This document shows positions 31,188-40,597 of a stretch of 49,509 nt of DNA, in pieces. The notes beneath the pieces were generated by a model. It was not told the origin of the DNA. It saw only the letters and a list, made by a program, of their open reading frames with translations, and did not search any database. Position 1 is the first letter of the stretch, and every line of letters begins with the position of its first letter. The translations under genes and the position numbers were made by a program. This DNA is from a virus (taxonomy: Duplodnaviria > Caudoviricetes): IMG/VR virus record IMGVR_UViG_3300016476_000342, positions 1-49,509 of that record. One strand, written 5' to 3'.

Positions 31188-31625
31188 ATGTTTCACAAAA
31201 GAAAATTTACGCCAATAAACCCTCGCAAGTATAAAGGCGACTATTCAAATATCATAATGAGAAGTTCCTGGGAAACTAGATTTGCCATCTGGTGTGATAG
31301 GAACCCATCGATTGTCTCTTGGAACTCAGAAGAGACTATTGTGCCATATGTATGTCCAACCGATGGACGAGTTCATAGGTATTTTATAGACTTTCGTATA
31401 GAAGTAAAGACGAAAGATAACACGATTAAGACTTATTTAGTAGAAATAAAACCGTTCAAACAGACTCTTCCACCGGAAAAGCCTTCAAGAGCAACTAGAA
31501 GATACTTAACCGAGGCTGCTACTTACGTCAAGAATCAAGCAAAATGGGAAGCAGCCAATCGGTACGCAAGAGATAGAGGATGGGAATTTATAGTCCTCAC
31601 AGAGAAACAACTGGGATTAGGATAA
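31188..31625 (+). CDS. gp4: Head completion nuclease gp4
   Basis: P.NP.KY.GD...I..RSSWE, W.SEE..VPY, HRYF.DF, VEIKP..QT, N.AKW.AA. Confidence 0.93.
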   Translation: MFHKRKFTPINPRKYKGDYSNIIMRSSWETRFAIWCDRNPSIVSWNSEETIVPYVCPTDGRVHRYFIDFRIEVKTKDNTIKTYLVEIKPFKQTLPPEKPSRATRRYLTEAATYVKNQAKWEAANRYARDRGWEFIVLTEKQLGLG

Positions 31626-31628
31626 ATA
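31621..31628 (+). promoter_or_regulatory. Late promoter GATAAATA
   Basis: Ends 6 nt from ATG 31634. Confidence 0.6.
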
Positions 31629-31633
31629 TAACT

Positions 31634-32233
31634 ATGGCGTCAACTAATAAGTCCTTTCAAGATATCTTTGAGCAAAACAGGTTCAATCGAGACATCGCAA
31701 AGAAGTCTAAAACCTGGTTTGAGCAACAGGCTCTTCTTCTAAGCAAGAAGAGAATTACTCCTGCGAAAATTCTAAAGAACGATCCTAGTGCACTAAGTAC
31801 TCGAGTAATCCCAGGTCATATGTACATGTTTATGTATGACGCCTTAAACAAAGAGACTCTTCCTTACTTTGATAGATTCCCATTAGTGTTTCCATTTAGA
31901 GCAGACGCTGAACACATGTGGGGATTGAATATGCACTATCTTCCATATCAGTTAAGAGTAAGACTCTTGGATAGACTAATGCAATTTAGAACAAACAACA
32001 ACTTTGACGAGAATACTCGAATCAAGTACTCTTGGCAACTCATAGCCGGTTTATCAAAGTTTAAACTCGCTGAGCCTTGCGTAAAACAATATAGAAGAGA
32101 TCACATCAAGTCACCGTTCATTAAGATAGATTCCGCTGATTGGTTTACAGCACTTATGCTTCCGGTTGAATCTTTTGTTGGTGCAAGTAAAAACAAAGTC
32201 TGGGCAGAAAGTAAGAAAGCAGCAACACTATGA
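31634..32233 (+). CDS. gp2: DNA end protector gp2
   Basis: G.MYMF.YD...K..LPY.D.FPL, GLN.HYLP...R; start moved from 31580 to 31634 because of the promoter and the overlap with gp4. Confidence 0.9.
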   Translation: MASTNKSFQDIFEQNRFNRDIAKKSKTWFEQQALLLSKKRITPAKILKNDPSALSTRVIPGHMYMFMYDALNKETLPYFDRFPLVFPFRADAEHMWGLNMHYLPYQLRVRLLDRLMQFRTNNNFDENTRIKYSWQLIAGLSKFKLAEPCVKQYRRDHIKSPFIKIDSADWFTALMLPVESFVGASKNKVWAESKKAATL

Positions 32234-32913
32234 GTTTAACTAATTTCATCTCAGAAATTTCAAGAAGCGATGGTCTAGCAAGAAATAATAGATTCAGTGT
32301 ACTTATTTCTCCTCCAGATTTCATCACTATCGATAATCAAAAGCTACAATTGCTAAACTTGTTTTGTGATACAGCTCAACTTCCTGGTGTGAATATACTT
32401 ACAAACCAGGTTAGAACTTATGGTGAAGTTAGAGAAGTTCCATATGAAGTTTCATATGAACCTGTGACTATGACGTTCTACGTTGACAAATCTTTAATGG
32501 TCAAGCGCTTCTTTGACGAATGGCTTTTAGGTACACATATTGGTGAAACTAGAAATCATAGATACTACAAAGAATACGCAAAAACAATAGATGTATTCGT
32601 AGAAGACTTAGAAGATAAGAGTGTACATTTAGTAACACTATACGAAGCTTATCCTAAAAACATAAGTGCAATATCTTTAGACTACAGTGCAAAAGATATT
32701 ATGAAAGTAAGCGTAACTTTCCAATATAAGTATTGGAAGTCAACTGAATTAGATGGTCAATCAACCTTTGCGTTTGATCAGCGAGTACCTGAAAATGTTG
32801 AAAGTTATGCTAACAACTTCTTTGAATACCAGCAGTTTATAAATGAAAATCTTGGAAACATCTTCCCAGAAGACATTGGTGAATTTACTGGAGTAACACC
32901 TATCTTTGTTTAA
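32230..32913 (+). CDS. Tail-tube initiator gp54-like (gp19 family)
   Basis: G.AR.NRF.V, C....LPG, V.MTF..D.....K.FFDEW, L.EAYP..IS...L, VTF.Y.YW. Confidence 0.75.
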   Translation: MSLTNFISEISRSDGLARNNRFSVLISPPDFITIDNQKLQLLNLFCDTAQLPGVNILTNQVRTYGEVREVPYEVSYEPVTMTFYVDKSLMVKRFFDEWLLGTHIGETRNHRYYKEYAKTIDVFVEDLEDKSVHLVTLYEAYPKNISAISLDYSAKDIMKVSVTFQYKYWKSTELDGQSTFAFDQRVPENVESYANNFFEYQQFINENLGNIFPEDIGEFTGVTPIFV

Positions 32914-32916
32914 AAT

Positions 32917-33321
32917 ATGAATATTGACAAATCGTTATCAGAGATCTTTGATCTTCAACCAATAGATGCCAAGACTACCGAATTGGTTCCTATAGAAGAT
33001 CAAAGTAAAACCGAGAAAATTGACTCAGACTATGACACGGCTAGAGACAATCTTCATGATATTTTAGTAAATGGTAAGACTGCTTTAGAACACGCTATAA
33101 GAGTAGCGAAAGATTCTGAACACCCAAGAGCTTTTGAAGTTGTTGGTAACCTAATGAAGCAGTTGGCCGACATCAACACCCAACTACTCGATATTCATGA
33201 AAAGAAAAAGAAACTAGATGGACCAAAGGTTGAGGAATCTAAGTCCGTAACTAATAATGCTATATTTGTTGGCAGCACTGCTGAACTCAACAAGATGCTT
33301 AATGACATGAGAAAGGATTAA
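32917..33321 (+). CDS. gp16: Terminase small subunit gp16
   Basis: DY..AR.N, SEHPRAFEV, NNAIFVGST.EL.K.L. Confidence 0.88.
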   Translation: MNIDKSLSEIFDLQPIDAKTTELVPIEDQSKTEKIDSDYDTARDNLHDILVNGKTALEHAIRVAKDSEHPRAFEVVGNLMKQLADINTQLLDIHEKKKKLDGPKVEESKSVTNNAIFVGSTAELNKMLNDMRKD

Positions 33322-33323
33322 TA

Positions 33324-34028
33324 ATGTCTTTACCAATTATTGGCGCGCCAAAATATGAACTAACCATTCCTTCAACTAAACAAAAGGTCAAGTTTAGACC
33401 ATTTTTAGTTAAGGAAGAAAAGGCTCTTCTACTTGCACAACAAAGTGATAGCCAACAAACAATGCTTGATACTCTAAAGGATGTCATTAAGGATTGTACT
33501 TTTGGAGAAGTGGACATTGATAAACTTGCAATGTTTGACATCGAGTACATCTTTATTAAGCTTCGTGCAAAGTCTGTGGGTGAAATCTCAGAGCTTACAT
33601 TCCAATGTAATGCGTGTAATGACCCAAAGGCAAAGATGAATGTTAATCTCAACCTAGAGCAGATTGAAGTTAGCTTTGATAAGAATCACTCAGACAAAAT
33701 TAAACTGTCCGATGAGATCGGTGTAAAGATGAAATATCCAGATGTATCTGCAGTTTCTTCACCTACTGAAGATAGTGTAGAAGATACTTTTAATGTAATC
33801 ATCTCATGCATTGATTATATTTACGATAAGGAATCTATCTACAAAGCTTCCGACTATAGCAAAGAAGAACTATTGAACTTCGTGAGCAACTTAACGCAAC
33901 AGCAATTTCTTAAGGTACAACAGTTCTTTGAAACGATGCCTAGACTTGAAAAAGAGCTAGAATTAAAGTGCCCAGTATGTGGTCACGAACATAAACAAAC
34001 TATTAAGGGTCTTGAAAATTTTTTCTAA
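33324..34028 (+). CDS. gp26: Baseplate hub assembly protein gp26-like
   Basis: FRPFLVKEEK.LL.A, FDIEY.F..LRAKSVGE, two CxxC motifs, GL..FF end. Confidence 0.88.
   Translation: MSLPIIGAPKYELTIPSTKQKVKFRPFLVKEEKALLLAQQSDSQQTMLDTLKDVIKDCTFGEVDIDKLAMFDIEYIFIKLRAKSVGEISELTFQCNACNDPKAKMNVNLNLEQIEVSFDKNHSDKIKLSDEIGVKMKYPDVSAVSSPTEDSVEDTFNVIISCIDYIYDKESIYKASDYSKEELLNFVSNLTQQQFLKVQQFFETMPRLEKELELKCPVCGHEHKQTIKGLENFF
34019..34025 (+). other. Candidate -1 ribosomal frameshift heptamer T TTT TTC
   Basis: In X XXY YYZ register just before the gp26 stop; the -1 frame is open into the next ORF. Confidence 0.6.
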
Positions 34029-34066
34029 TTAACCTTTGTCATGACTCTCTGCATAATCATTACAAG

Positions 34067-34210
34067 ATGAATTTTGCATTGATGCAGTATCATAAATATA
34101 CATTGAATGATATAGAAATGATGCTCCCATTTGAACGTGAAATCTACGTTGCTATGCTTGTGAAATATCTAGAAGAAGAAAAACAAAGACTAGAGAGCAA
34201 AAATGGATAA
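34067..34210 (+). CDS. gp51: gp51-like baseplate hub assembly catalyst, 47 aa (below ORF-track cutoff)
   Basis: MNFALMQYHKYTLNDIEMMLPFEREIYVAMLVKYLEEEKQRLESKNG. Confidence 0.85.
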   Translation: MNFALMQYHKYTLNDIEMMLPFEREIYVAMLVKYLEEEKQRLESKNG

Positions 34211-36371
34211 CATAAAATCAATGTTTTCAACAAGACGTCCATCTATTGGCCCAGATGCGATCATTAATCTGCAGATTCTTTTAGAATCTAAGAAGCAAAG
34301 CGCTTTACTAGATTCACTACAAAAGATGATGGAAAAGACTCTTCATGAAGACAGTGTTATCCAAAAGGCGCAACTTCTATTTCAGTATAAAACTGACAAG
34401 GACATGCGAGAAGATGATAAGCGCATGTCGTCTAAGTTGTCTAGACTCTTAGAAGAATCAAAGTTGCACACCGAACTATTAAGTAAGATTGATAGTAAGC
34501 TAGTTTCTAAAGAAGACGCTTTAGAATTAAAGAGAATTCAAGAAGAACAACTTAAACTTGCTAGAGAACAATCATTTAAAGGGGGTTCTATACAACCCAA
34601 GGATAGTCCTCAAGTTCAACTCGGTGGTTTTGGCAAAGCTATTGCACTTGCTTTAGCAGCAGGTATTGCTGCATTTACTGCGCAGATCAAGACTATTGGT
34701 TTATTTGCTCGAGCTTTTGTAACTGCTATGCCTTTAGCAGTTCGTAAGGCAATTGCCAGTTTTGCTGTTGGTATCTCTATGTCGTTTGACCTAATAGTAG
34801 GTAAGGTTAAGAAAGCCGTTAGCTTTATTGATGCTGGATTAGATGCAATCAAAGCATTCTTTAGTGGTGAAGGTAAAATTGTAACATTCATAAGAACTGC
34901 GTTTGGCTATGCACGCAGTTTCCTAACTACACTCATAGAACCATTTGTAGCACTTGGTAAATGGGTCGGTAAGGCTTCAGCGTTGAGTGGGTTATTTGAA
35001 CCAGTAATGAAAGTGTTCAGCTACTTTAAAACATTTGCAACATACGTTGGAAAGTTAGCTGGAATACTTGGTAAAATCTTTTATCCTATAACAGTTATAT
35101 TGACTATTTGGGATACTGTTAAAGGTGCGTTTGAAGGCTTTGAAAAAGACGGTATTGTTGGTGCTCTAAAAGGAGCGATCAAAGGGTTCTTCAATTCTCT
35201 AATCTTTGGACTTGCCGATTTAGTTAAGAGTGCAGTATCATGGATAGTTGGTGCTCTTGGCTTCGATGGTCTAGAGAAAATGCTGGATTCATTCTCATTC
35301 AAGGATGTTTTTAGTACAATAGTTGATTTTATATTCTTACCATTGCAGTTGCTTCAAGACACTATAATGACTATAGTGGACTTTATTAAGGATCCAATTC
35401 AAACAATAAAGAACATAGGTGAAAAGATCACTGGAGCATTTGACAAATTCAAAGATATAGCTAGTATGCTTCTTGATGCATACCTATACATCCCAAGAAA
35501 GTTATTTGGGTTATTAGATGAGTATGTTCTAACACCGTTTAAAGATGTATTTCAGCCTATCACTGATTTCTTTACTAAGATAAAAGAACAAGTAATGTCT
35601 TTCTTCGAGGACTTTGGAATTCCTGAGATTGGATTTACTATTCCGGTCATTAATAAGAAAGTGTCTATCGGACCATTCTATCCATTTAGACCAAAGGAAG
35701 GTACAAACAGAGTAGCAACAAACAGCTCATTGAATCAAACTAGTTCTTCTACTAGTGATACTTCTGACTTTAAACAGAATATTGTTACTAGCGGAAAAAC
35801 CGCACGTTTGAATAAAGATGGTAGCGTTACCTATAGTACGGACACTACAGATGTTCTTTCAGAGAGCGAAAAAACTATAGATAATAAGACATCTTTAACT
35901 AACATCCTCGCAACGTTTGATACAGCAACTGGAAAAGCAACACTTTCCGGAGATGCAGGTGAAAGAGAAATTTCAAAGCGTGCATTCAATAAGATAAAAG
36001 CAAATGCACAAAATAGTGGATCTGCAGAAGCAGTTGCTGAAATTGTTAAAGAAGATGACGCTTATCAAAAGCTAAGTTGGTTTGATAAGCGTAAGGTTGA
36101 CTTTGGTTTAGCAAAAGCTACCGAACTTCTTCCTGTAGAAGAAAAGAGTATGATGGTGCCTGTAACTCCTCAGCCACAACAGGCAGGAGTAGTATATGCT
36201 AAATCAGCAGAAGTTAGTGGAACAGCACAGAGACCAGTATCTAATACGTCTGTTGTATCAGCACCTACCAATGTTGTTAATAATGCATCTACAGTAAATG
36301 TTCCTGGACATGTTAGAAATCAAGATTCAACATTTGCTAGGTATCAACGAGACTCTTACGTAAGAGTATAA
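34203..36371 (+). CDS. Tape-measure-like / gp29-like protein
   Basis: Helical N-terminus, long amphipathic Phe/Trp-periodic middle, position after gp26/gp51. Confidence 0.55.
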   Translation: MDNIKSMFSTRRPSIGPDAIINLQILLESKKQSALLDSLQKMMEKTLHEDSVIQKAQLLFQYKTDKDMREDDKRMSSKLSRLLEESKLHTELLSKIDSKLVSKEDALELKRIQEEQLKLAREQSFKGGSIQPKDSPQVQLGGFGKAIALALAAGIAAFTAQIKTIGLFARAFVTAMPLAVRKAIASFAVGISMSFDLIVGKVKKAVSFIDAGLDAIKAFFSGEGKIVTFIRTAFGYARSFLTTLIEPFVALGKWVGKASALSGLFEPVMKVFSYFKTFATYVGKLAGILGKIFYPITVILTIWDTVKGAFEGFEKDGIVGALKGAIKGFFNSLIFGLADLVKSAVSWIVGALGFDGLEKMLDSFSFKDVFSTIVDFIFLPLQLLQDTIMTIVDFIKDPIQTIKNIGEKITGAFDKFKDIASMLLDAYLYIPRKLFGLLDEYVLTPFKDVFQPITDFFTKIKEQVMSFFEDFGIPEIGFTIPVINKKVSIGPFYPFRPKEGTNRVATNSSLNQTSSSTSDTSDFKQNIVTSGKTARLNKDGSVTYSTDTTDVLSESEKTIDNKTSLTNILATFDTATGKATLSGDAGEREISKRAFNKIKANAQNSGSAEAVAEIVKEDDAYQKLSWFDKRKVDFGLAKATELLPVEEKSMMVPVTPQPQQAGVVYAKSAEVSGTAQRPVSNTSVVSAPTNVVNNASTVNVPGHVRNQDSTFARYQRDSYVRV

Positions 36372-36401
36372 GAAAAGGGACCTTTCGGTCCCTTTGTTTT
36401 T
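36371..36401. terminator. Bidirectional intrinsic terminator
   Basis: AAAAGGGACC-TTTC-GGTCCCTTTGTTTTT between convergent genes. Confidence 0.88.
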
Positions 36402-37335
36402 AGTTCTCTTGAGCGATTTTCTTGAAGAAGCTCATTGCCTCGTCATCATCGTCATCGGTTGCTTGAACCGAAACTCTTGTAACGGGCTTAGCTTGTTCAC
36501 GAGCCGGAGGAGTATAGTCCTCATCTTCTGCCATCGAAGCAGCGGTTGCTGTAGGAGCACCACCACCATCAAGAACAGAGGCCAGCTTGCGAGAAAGTTC
36601 CTCGTAAGTCTTGAAGTTCTTACGATCCATGAACTCAGACAACAGGTATTGCGAGTTAACGATCTTCAGAAGCTTTTGTTCGTCACCGCCTGCAAGAGCA
36701 GATGGTTCCATAAAGACAGACTGATCGTAGTTAGGGTAGCCTTCAACCTTACGCTGACGCAGCTTGAAGTCTGCACCTTCCCAGAGATCAAACACGTTCA
36801 CTGGAGTTTCATCCTCAAAGGTAGGACGAGCCTTATCCATGATCTTGTCGAAGATCTTCTTACCGAACTTGAACAGTTTGACCTGTCCTTCGTTTTCAGG
36901 ATGCTTAGGATCAGAGATGATCAGAACGTTTGCAATGTAGCTCAGCTTACGCTTTTGCTTACGTGCAGTTTCCTTATCAGCCTCGTTACCTGTATTCCAC
37001 AGACGAGAGTTCAACTCACCAACTGGATCGTTTTCACCGATCGTGGTAAGCGAGTTCTCGATGTACCACTTGCCAGTAGGACCCTGGAAACCGTGGGTGT
37101 ACATACGAACCCAAGGCAGTTCGTCCATGACTTCATTGCCATCGACAACTTTGATAGTACGTGGGAGGAATCGGATAGTAGCTGTGGCATTACCTGCCTT
37201 ATCCGGATCAAGCTTCCAGAAGCGATCGTCCTGGTAAGACTTAGACTCTGACTGTGGGTTGGCAACTTTCTCAAATTCTTGAGAGATCTTGCCGAAATCA
37301 GAACCGCGAAGTTTGCGAAGTGTATTAATATCCAT
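36400..37335 (-). CDS. gp32: Single-stranded DNA-binding protein gp32
   Basis: DDRFWK, IRFLP, HGFQGP.G.WYIENSLTT, FGKKIFDK, NYDQS.F, acidic tail. Confidence 0.96.
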   Translation of the reverse strand: MDINTLRKLRGSDFGKISQEFEKVANPQSESKSYQDDRFWKLDPDKAGNATATIRFLPRTIKVVDGNEVMDELPWVRMYTHGFQGPTGKWYIENSLTTIGENDPVGELNSRLWNTGNEADKETARKQKRKLSYIANVLIISDPKHPENEGQVKLFKFGKKIFDKIMDKARPTFEDETPVNVFDLWEGADFKLRQRKVEGYPNYDQSVFMEPSALAGGDEQKLLKIVNSQYLLSEFMDRKNFKTYEELSRKLASVLDGGGAPTATAASMAEDEDYTPPAREQAKPVTRVSVQATDDDDDEAMSFFKKIAQEN

Positions 37336-37346
37336 TTTGTTTTTCC

Positions 37347-37559
37347 TTATTTACGTTGTGTTTGCGTAGTATTTGCGTAGTGTACGTCAGAGTCATAATC
37401 AGAATCATCGTATAAATCATCGTCATAATCTTCTTCCGACCAACTATTTATAACGCGCATGCCCTGTCCTGGGACATTTCGCGAATGTTTTGCACTTTTT
37501 GTGTGCTTTTGTCGACGATCATCATCGTCATCCCTGTATCGATGTGCGGTCTTACCCAT
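37347..37559 (-). CDS. Hypothetical protein
   Basis: ORF packed between gp59 and gp32. Confidence 0.6.
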   Translation of the reverse strand: MGKTAHRYRDDDDDRRQKHTKSAKHSRNVPGQGMRVINSWSEEDYDDDLYDDSDYDSDVHYANTTQTQRK

Positions 37560-38160
37560 GATGTGTTTCGAGGAGTTCTTCCTTAAATGTGCTATAGATA
37601 GATTTTAACTTATTCTGGTCATATTTAACAAATCTTTTTGCCTTACGAATGGTAAGGAAGTGATCGTTCCATAACATAACCAGAGGTTCCCACTGACTTA
37701 GATAGTCTTCAAAATCCTGAATAATCACCATTGTTTCAAGGGTAATTACACCACCAACGTACAATCGTAATAGATCAGGATAACCTGACTCGATAGAGAA
37801 AAGATTCTCAGCCTTTAGTCCATCAAAGTCAATCTTGTTGACGATCGTTCTAAGATCATTTTGGAACATCTGAGTACGTGACTCCTTGCGCTTGATCCAC
37901 TCCCTATAGTACTCATCGGATTCATACGAATACACGACATTCTTATTGCCATAGGCAAAGTTAGCCACAAGGAACTGAATCAACTCTTGGTCAGTATCAA
38001 ATTTTCTAGCAAGTCTTTCAAATAGAGCCCTATCGTTACGCTTTTCAAACGTGGCTCTTGTACCAGACACACGACCGTTCTTCTCAAAGACGTCGTACTT
38101 CTCAGTAGTAAAGTGAAGCCTGACCGCCATGAAGTAGCGGTAAGCAGCAAATCCATCCAT
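37552..38160 (-). CDS. gp59: Helicase loader gp59
   Basis: Y..F.A.RLHFT...YD, F.KR.D...F..L..K, F.VANF, I.LET; next to gp32. Confidence 0.9.
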   Translation of the reverse strand: MDGFAAYRYFMAVRLHFTTEKYDVFEKNGRVSGTRATFEKRNDRALFERLARKFDTDQELIQFLVANFAYGNKNVVYSYESDEYYREWIKRKESRTQMFQNDLRTIVNKIDFDGLKAENLFSIESGYPDLLRLYVGGVITLETMVIIQDFEDYLSQWEPLVMLWNDHFLTIRKAKRFVKYDQNKLKSIYSTFKEELLETHHG

Positions 38161-38579
38161 CAGATTCTTTCGGCAATAACGGCGCTTCTCATATCCTCAC
38201 CAAAGGACATGTTGTTATGGTGAAGTTTAATCATACCCTTGCGGTACAGCGATTCACAACAGATCATGGTGCAGAGGATGTTGGTTCTTTCAGTGATCAC
38301 GTCCAGAGTACCTTCATCTAGACCTTCCGCTCGTGCGAGCATCTCGGCGATCAATAGGAACTCCTGGAAGTTTTCGCCTTCCTCACCCTCGTCGATCATA
38401 TCAATGAACTTCTCAAGACTGTGATCGGAGATGTTCTTAAGATAGTCGCCGATGCTTAGGTAAGGGTTCTCCATAAGAGACCTAGCCAACTGGCGTGTTT
38501 CAGTCATAAGATCCTTTGAGTTAACCACAACGTGGTAGTTAACTTTAAAGGTTTCATTGTCGTTAAATTCTTCGCTCAT
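38160..38579 (-). CDS. Hypothetical protein
   Basis: Start taken at ATG 38579 (MSEEF) to avoid overlap with gp33. Confidence 0.6.
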   Translation of the reverse strand: MSEEFNDNETFKVNYHVVVNSKDLMTETRQLARSLMENPYLSIGDYLKNISDHSLEKFIDMIDEGEEGENFQEFLLIAEMLARAEGLDEGTLDVITERTNILCTMICCESLYRKGMIKLHHNNMSFGEDMRSAVIAERI

Positions 38580-38580
38580 T

Positions 38581-38796
38581 TTACACGTCCAGTGATGCGA
38601 TTTTAGGAAGGAGGTTTGCTTCGCGCATGTCAATCTCGATCTTGTCACGAAGTGGCTTATTGATTAGGTTCTTGATTTCGTCTGGCTCGACGAAGTTTTC
38701 TTCACAGTATTTCAGAACGGCTTCCATATGAGTCATTCTTTTTTCTGTGGCCATCTTTTCGATGTGCAAGGAGAACTGTGCTGCGCTCTTAAACAT
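38581..38796 (-). CDS. gp33: Late transcription coactivator gp33
   Basis: FS..IE, MEAVL.YCEEN, LI.K.L.DKIE.D....NLL; synteny. Confidence 0.88.
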   Translation of the reverse strand: MFKSAAQFSLHIEKMATEKRMTHMEAVLKYCEENFVEPDEIKNLINKPLRDKIEIDMREANLLPKIASLDV

Positions 38797-39064
38797 GTGC
38801 TTCCTTTTTCATGTACGATTCTGCGATTCGTAGGCAACGGGAAAGCTTCGTGTAGTGATCGAACTTGTTGTTGTACAGTTTTCGGATAGGGTCATTTTTA
38901 TCACAGGTTGAAAGCTTTTCGTCAAACATATCGATATACTTGTTGAACCAACGATCGAGTTTATTCTTTTCGGTGGCCAACTCAATATATGTATCACTTA
39001 GAGTTTTTTGGTCCTTCAGTGCATATGCAGTAACGATCTTACTTTCAATCGAATTCAAATTCAT
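38789..39064 (-). CDS. Hypothetical protein
   Basis: Likely start at ATG 39064 (MNLNSIE). Confidence 0.55.
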   Translation of the reverse strand: MNLNSIESKIVTAYALKDQKTLSDTYIELATEKNKLDRWFNKYIDMFDEKLSTCDKNDPIRKLYNNKFDHYTKLSRCLRIAESYMKKEAHV

Positions 39065-39065
39065 A

Positions 39066-39305
39066 TTAGTCAATGTTGTTAACGATGTAAACTTTTGCCT
39101 CATAGGTTGAATTACACCTACGGCCATTGACAATAATCTTTCGTGTACTGTAGATCTTAGCTTCAAACGGCTTGGTTTTTAGAGTGATAGAATCACTAGC
39201 CTTTTCTTTGATGGGGCGTTCACCCGATGCAAAGAACATTGTATCCCAAAGTTCGTCTTGAGCCAGTTTACGAAGAAAATATGCATTAGCCATAGGTAAA
39301 TCCAT
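39066..39305 (-). CDS. Hypothetical protein
   Basis: AAGG RBS and early promoter upstream. Confidence 0.55.
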   Translation of the reverse strand: MDLPMANAYFLRKLAQDELWDTMFFASGERPIKEKASDSITLKTKPFEAKIYSTRKIIVNGRRCNSTYEAKVYIVNNID

Positions 39306-39316
39306 CCTTATGGTTT

Positions 39317-39345
39317 ATTATACCATAAAGTCTAATTATTGTACA
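39317..39345 (-). promoter_or_regulatory. Sigma70/early-type promoter
   Basis: TGTACA-N17-TATAAT with extended TG. Confidence 0.7.
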
Positions 39346-39998
39346 GGCTTTTTCTTCGTAGTCTTGGCAGGAGCTTTCTTAGTCGGTGCGGGTGTATCCT
39401 TGGTCTTCTTTGCTACAGGCTTCTTTGCAGTGTTCGCACGAGCGATACGAGCTTGAATACGCTTGACGACTTCCTCACCATCCATCCAGATGTCCTTGTT
39501 CTCAAGCATAGCCTTGATCTCGTCTGGAGACATGAACTCGTGGTAGATCTCCTTCAGAAGACGTTCAGACCACTTGCGTTCATGAAGGAGTTGGTCGATC
39601 ATTTCACCACCCTTACCAATCGTTCCACCCGAATAATTGTGGAACATAAAGACAGAGTGCGGAGTGACTTCAAAAGAATCACCACACATGAAGATCATAG
39701 TCGCGGCCGACATACAAGCGCCTTCAACAGACATAATCTTCACGGCACGAGTTTCACCAAGAACTCGCAGGAACTGTATCGCAGTGAATAGGTCACCACC
39801 ATACGAGTTAATGTAGATTTTCACAATATCGGTTTCATTTGCATGACGAATTGTGTCAAACCAGTCGATATAATTATCAGCGGACTCGATTTCACCAGTC
39901 AGGTAGAACTCATGTACTGTTGCACCTGGTTTAGTAAAAGAGCCATCAGAAGCTTTGTTTTTAATCAAGTCAGTGATATCCATTTTGTCTTTCCGCAT
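39336..39998 (-). CDS. ClpP-like serine protease (S14)
   Basis: IYINSYGG, GACMSAA (Ser), FMFH (His), KDIWM (Asp); Lys/Ala/Pro tail. Confidence 0.85.
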   Translation of the reverse strand: MRKDKMDITDLIKNKASDGSFTKPGATVHEFYLTGEIESADNYIDWFDTIRHANETDIVKIYINSYGGDLFTAIQFLRVLGETRAVKIMSVEGACMSAATMIFMCGDSFEVTPHSVFMFHNYSGGTIGKGGEMIDQLLHERKWSERLLKEIYHEFMSPDEIKAMLENKDIWMDGEEVVKRIQARIARANTAKKPVAKKTKDTPAPTKKAPAKTTKKKPVQ

Positions 39999-40007
39999 TA
40001 TTACCTC

Positions 40008-40532
40008 TTAGTTAAGCATTGCAAGATCTTTGTGATTCGTATAAAATATATGTCTTCCTATCTTGGTAGTCTTTTGGACTCCTTTCCAGCGTGGTTTGAC
40101 ATAGTCTGCATGATAAAATGTTGCTCCTCCAGTGACGTCTTGATCCTTGTCATAGGAAAAGTACATAAAGACTGCAAGCTCTCTAATGTCATTATATAAC
40201 TCTTCATTAATTGAAGACAATCTATTTTTCATTCCTACCCAAGAAAATTGATAGTTCTTACCAACTTTTTGGTGTACGACCTTACAAACACTATCACCAT
40301 AGTTGCCAGTATTAAGTCTATTTAGTGTCACAGAAGCGACAGCACGCCAGCCAAGTTCTTTTTCTCCGGCGGCTTCTCTGTACATGTTTGTTGCGAGGCA
40401 ATCAACTTGTCTTTTTTCTTGATCACTTAGATCATGATATGTGATTTGTTTTTGTTCTAGTGGCTTTTCAAATTGAAAGTATAGAACTATTGAAATGAGT
40501 AGAAATGCGCATAAGGCGAGTTTCTTTCGCAT
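40008..40532 (-). CDS. Cell wall hydrolase, SleB/Hydrolase_2 family, with N-terminal anchor
   Basis: CLA.NMY.EA.GE, V.LNR, C.VV.Q....QFSW, GATFYHA.YV.P.W, IGRHIFY. Confidence 0.92.
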   Translation of the reverse strand: MRKKLALCAFLLISIVLYFQFEKPLEQKQITYHDLSDQEKRQVDCLATNMYREAAGEKELGWRAVASVTLNRLNTGNYGDSVCKVVHQKVGKNYQFSWVGMKNRLSSINEELYNDIRELAVFMYFSYDKDQDVTGGATFYHADYVKPRWKGVQKTTKIGRHIFYTNHKDLAMLN

Positions 40533-40597
40533 TTGATCTCCTTAATTGTGCCTCGGGATGAGGTCTTGATCAGGTGGACTTGGTGCATCCAGAAATA

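Noticed and set aside
36394-37251. 285-aa ORF antisense to gp32
   Set aside because: Shadow of biased codon usage; starts inside a terminator with no RBS
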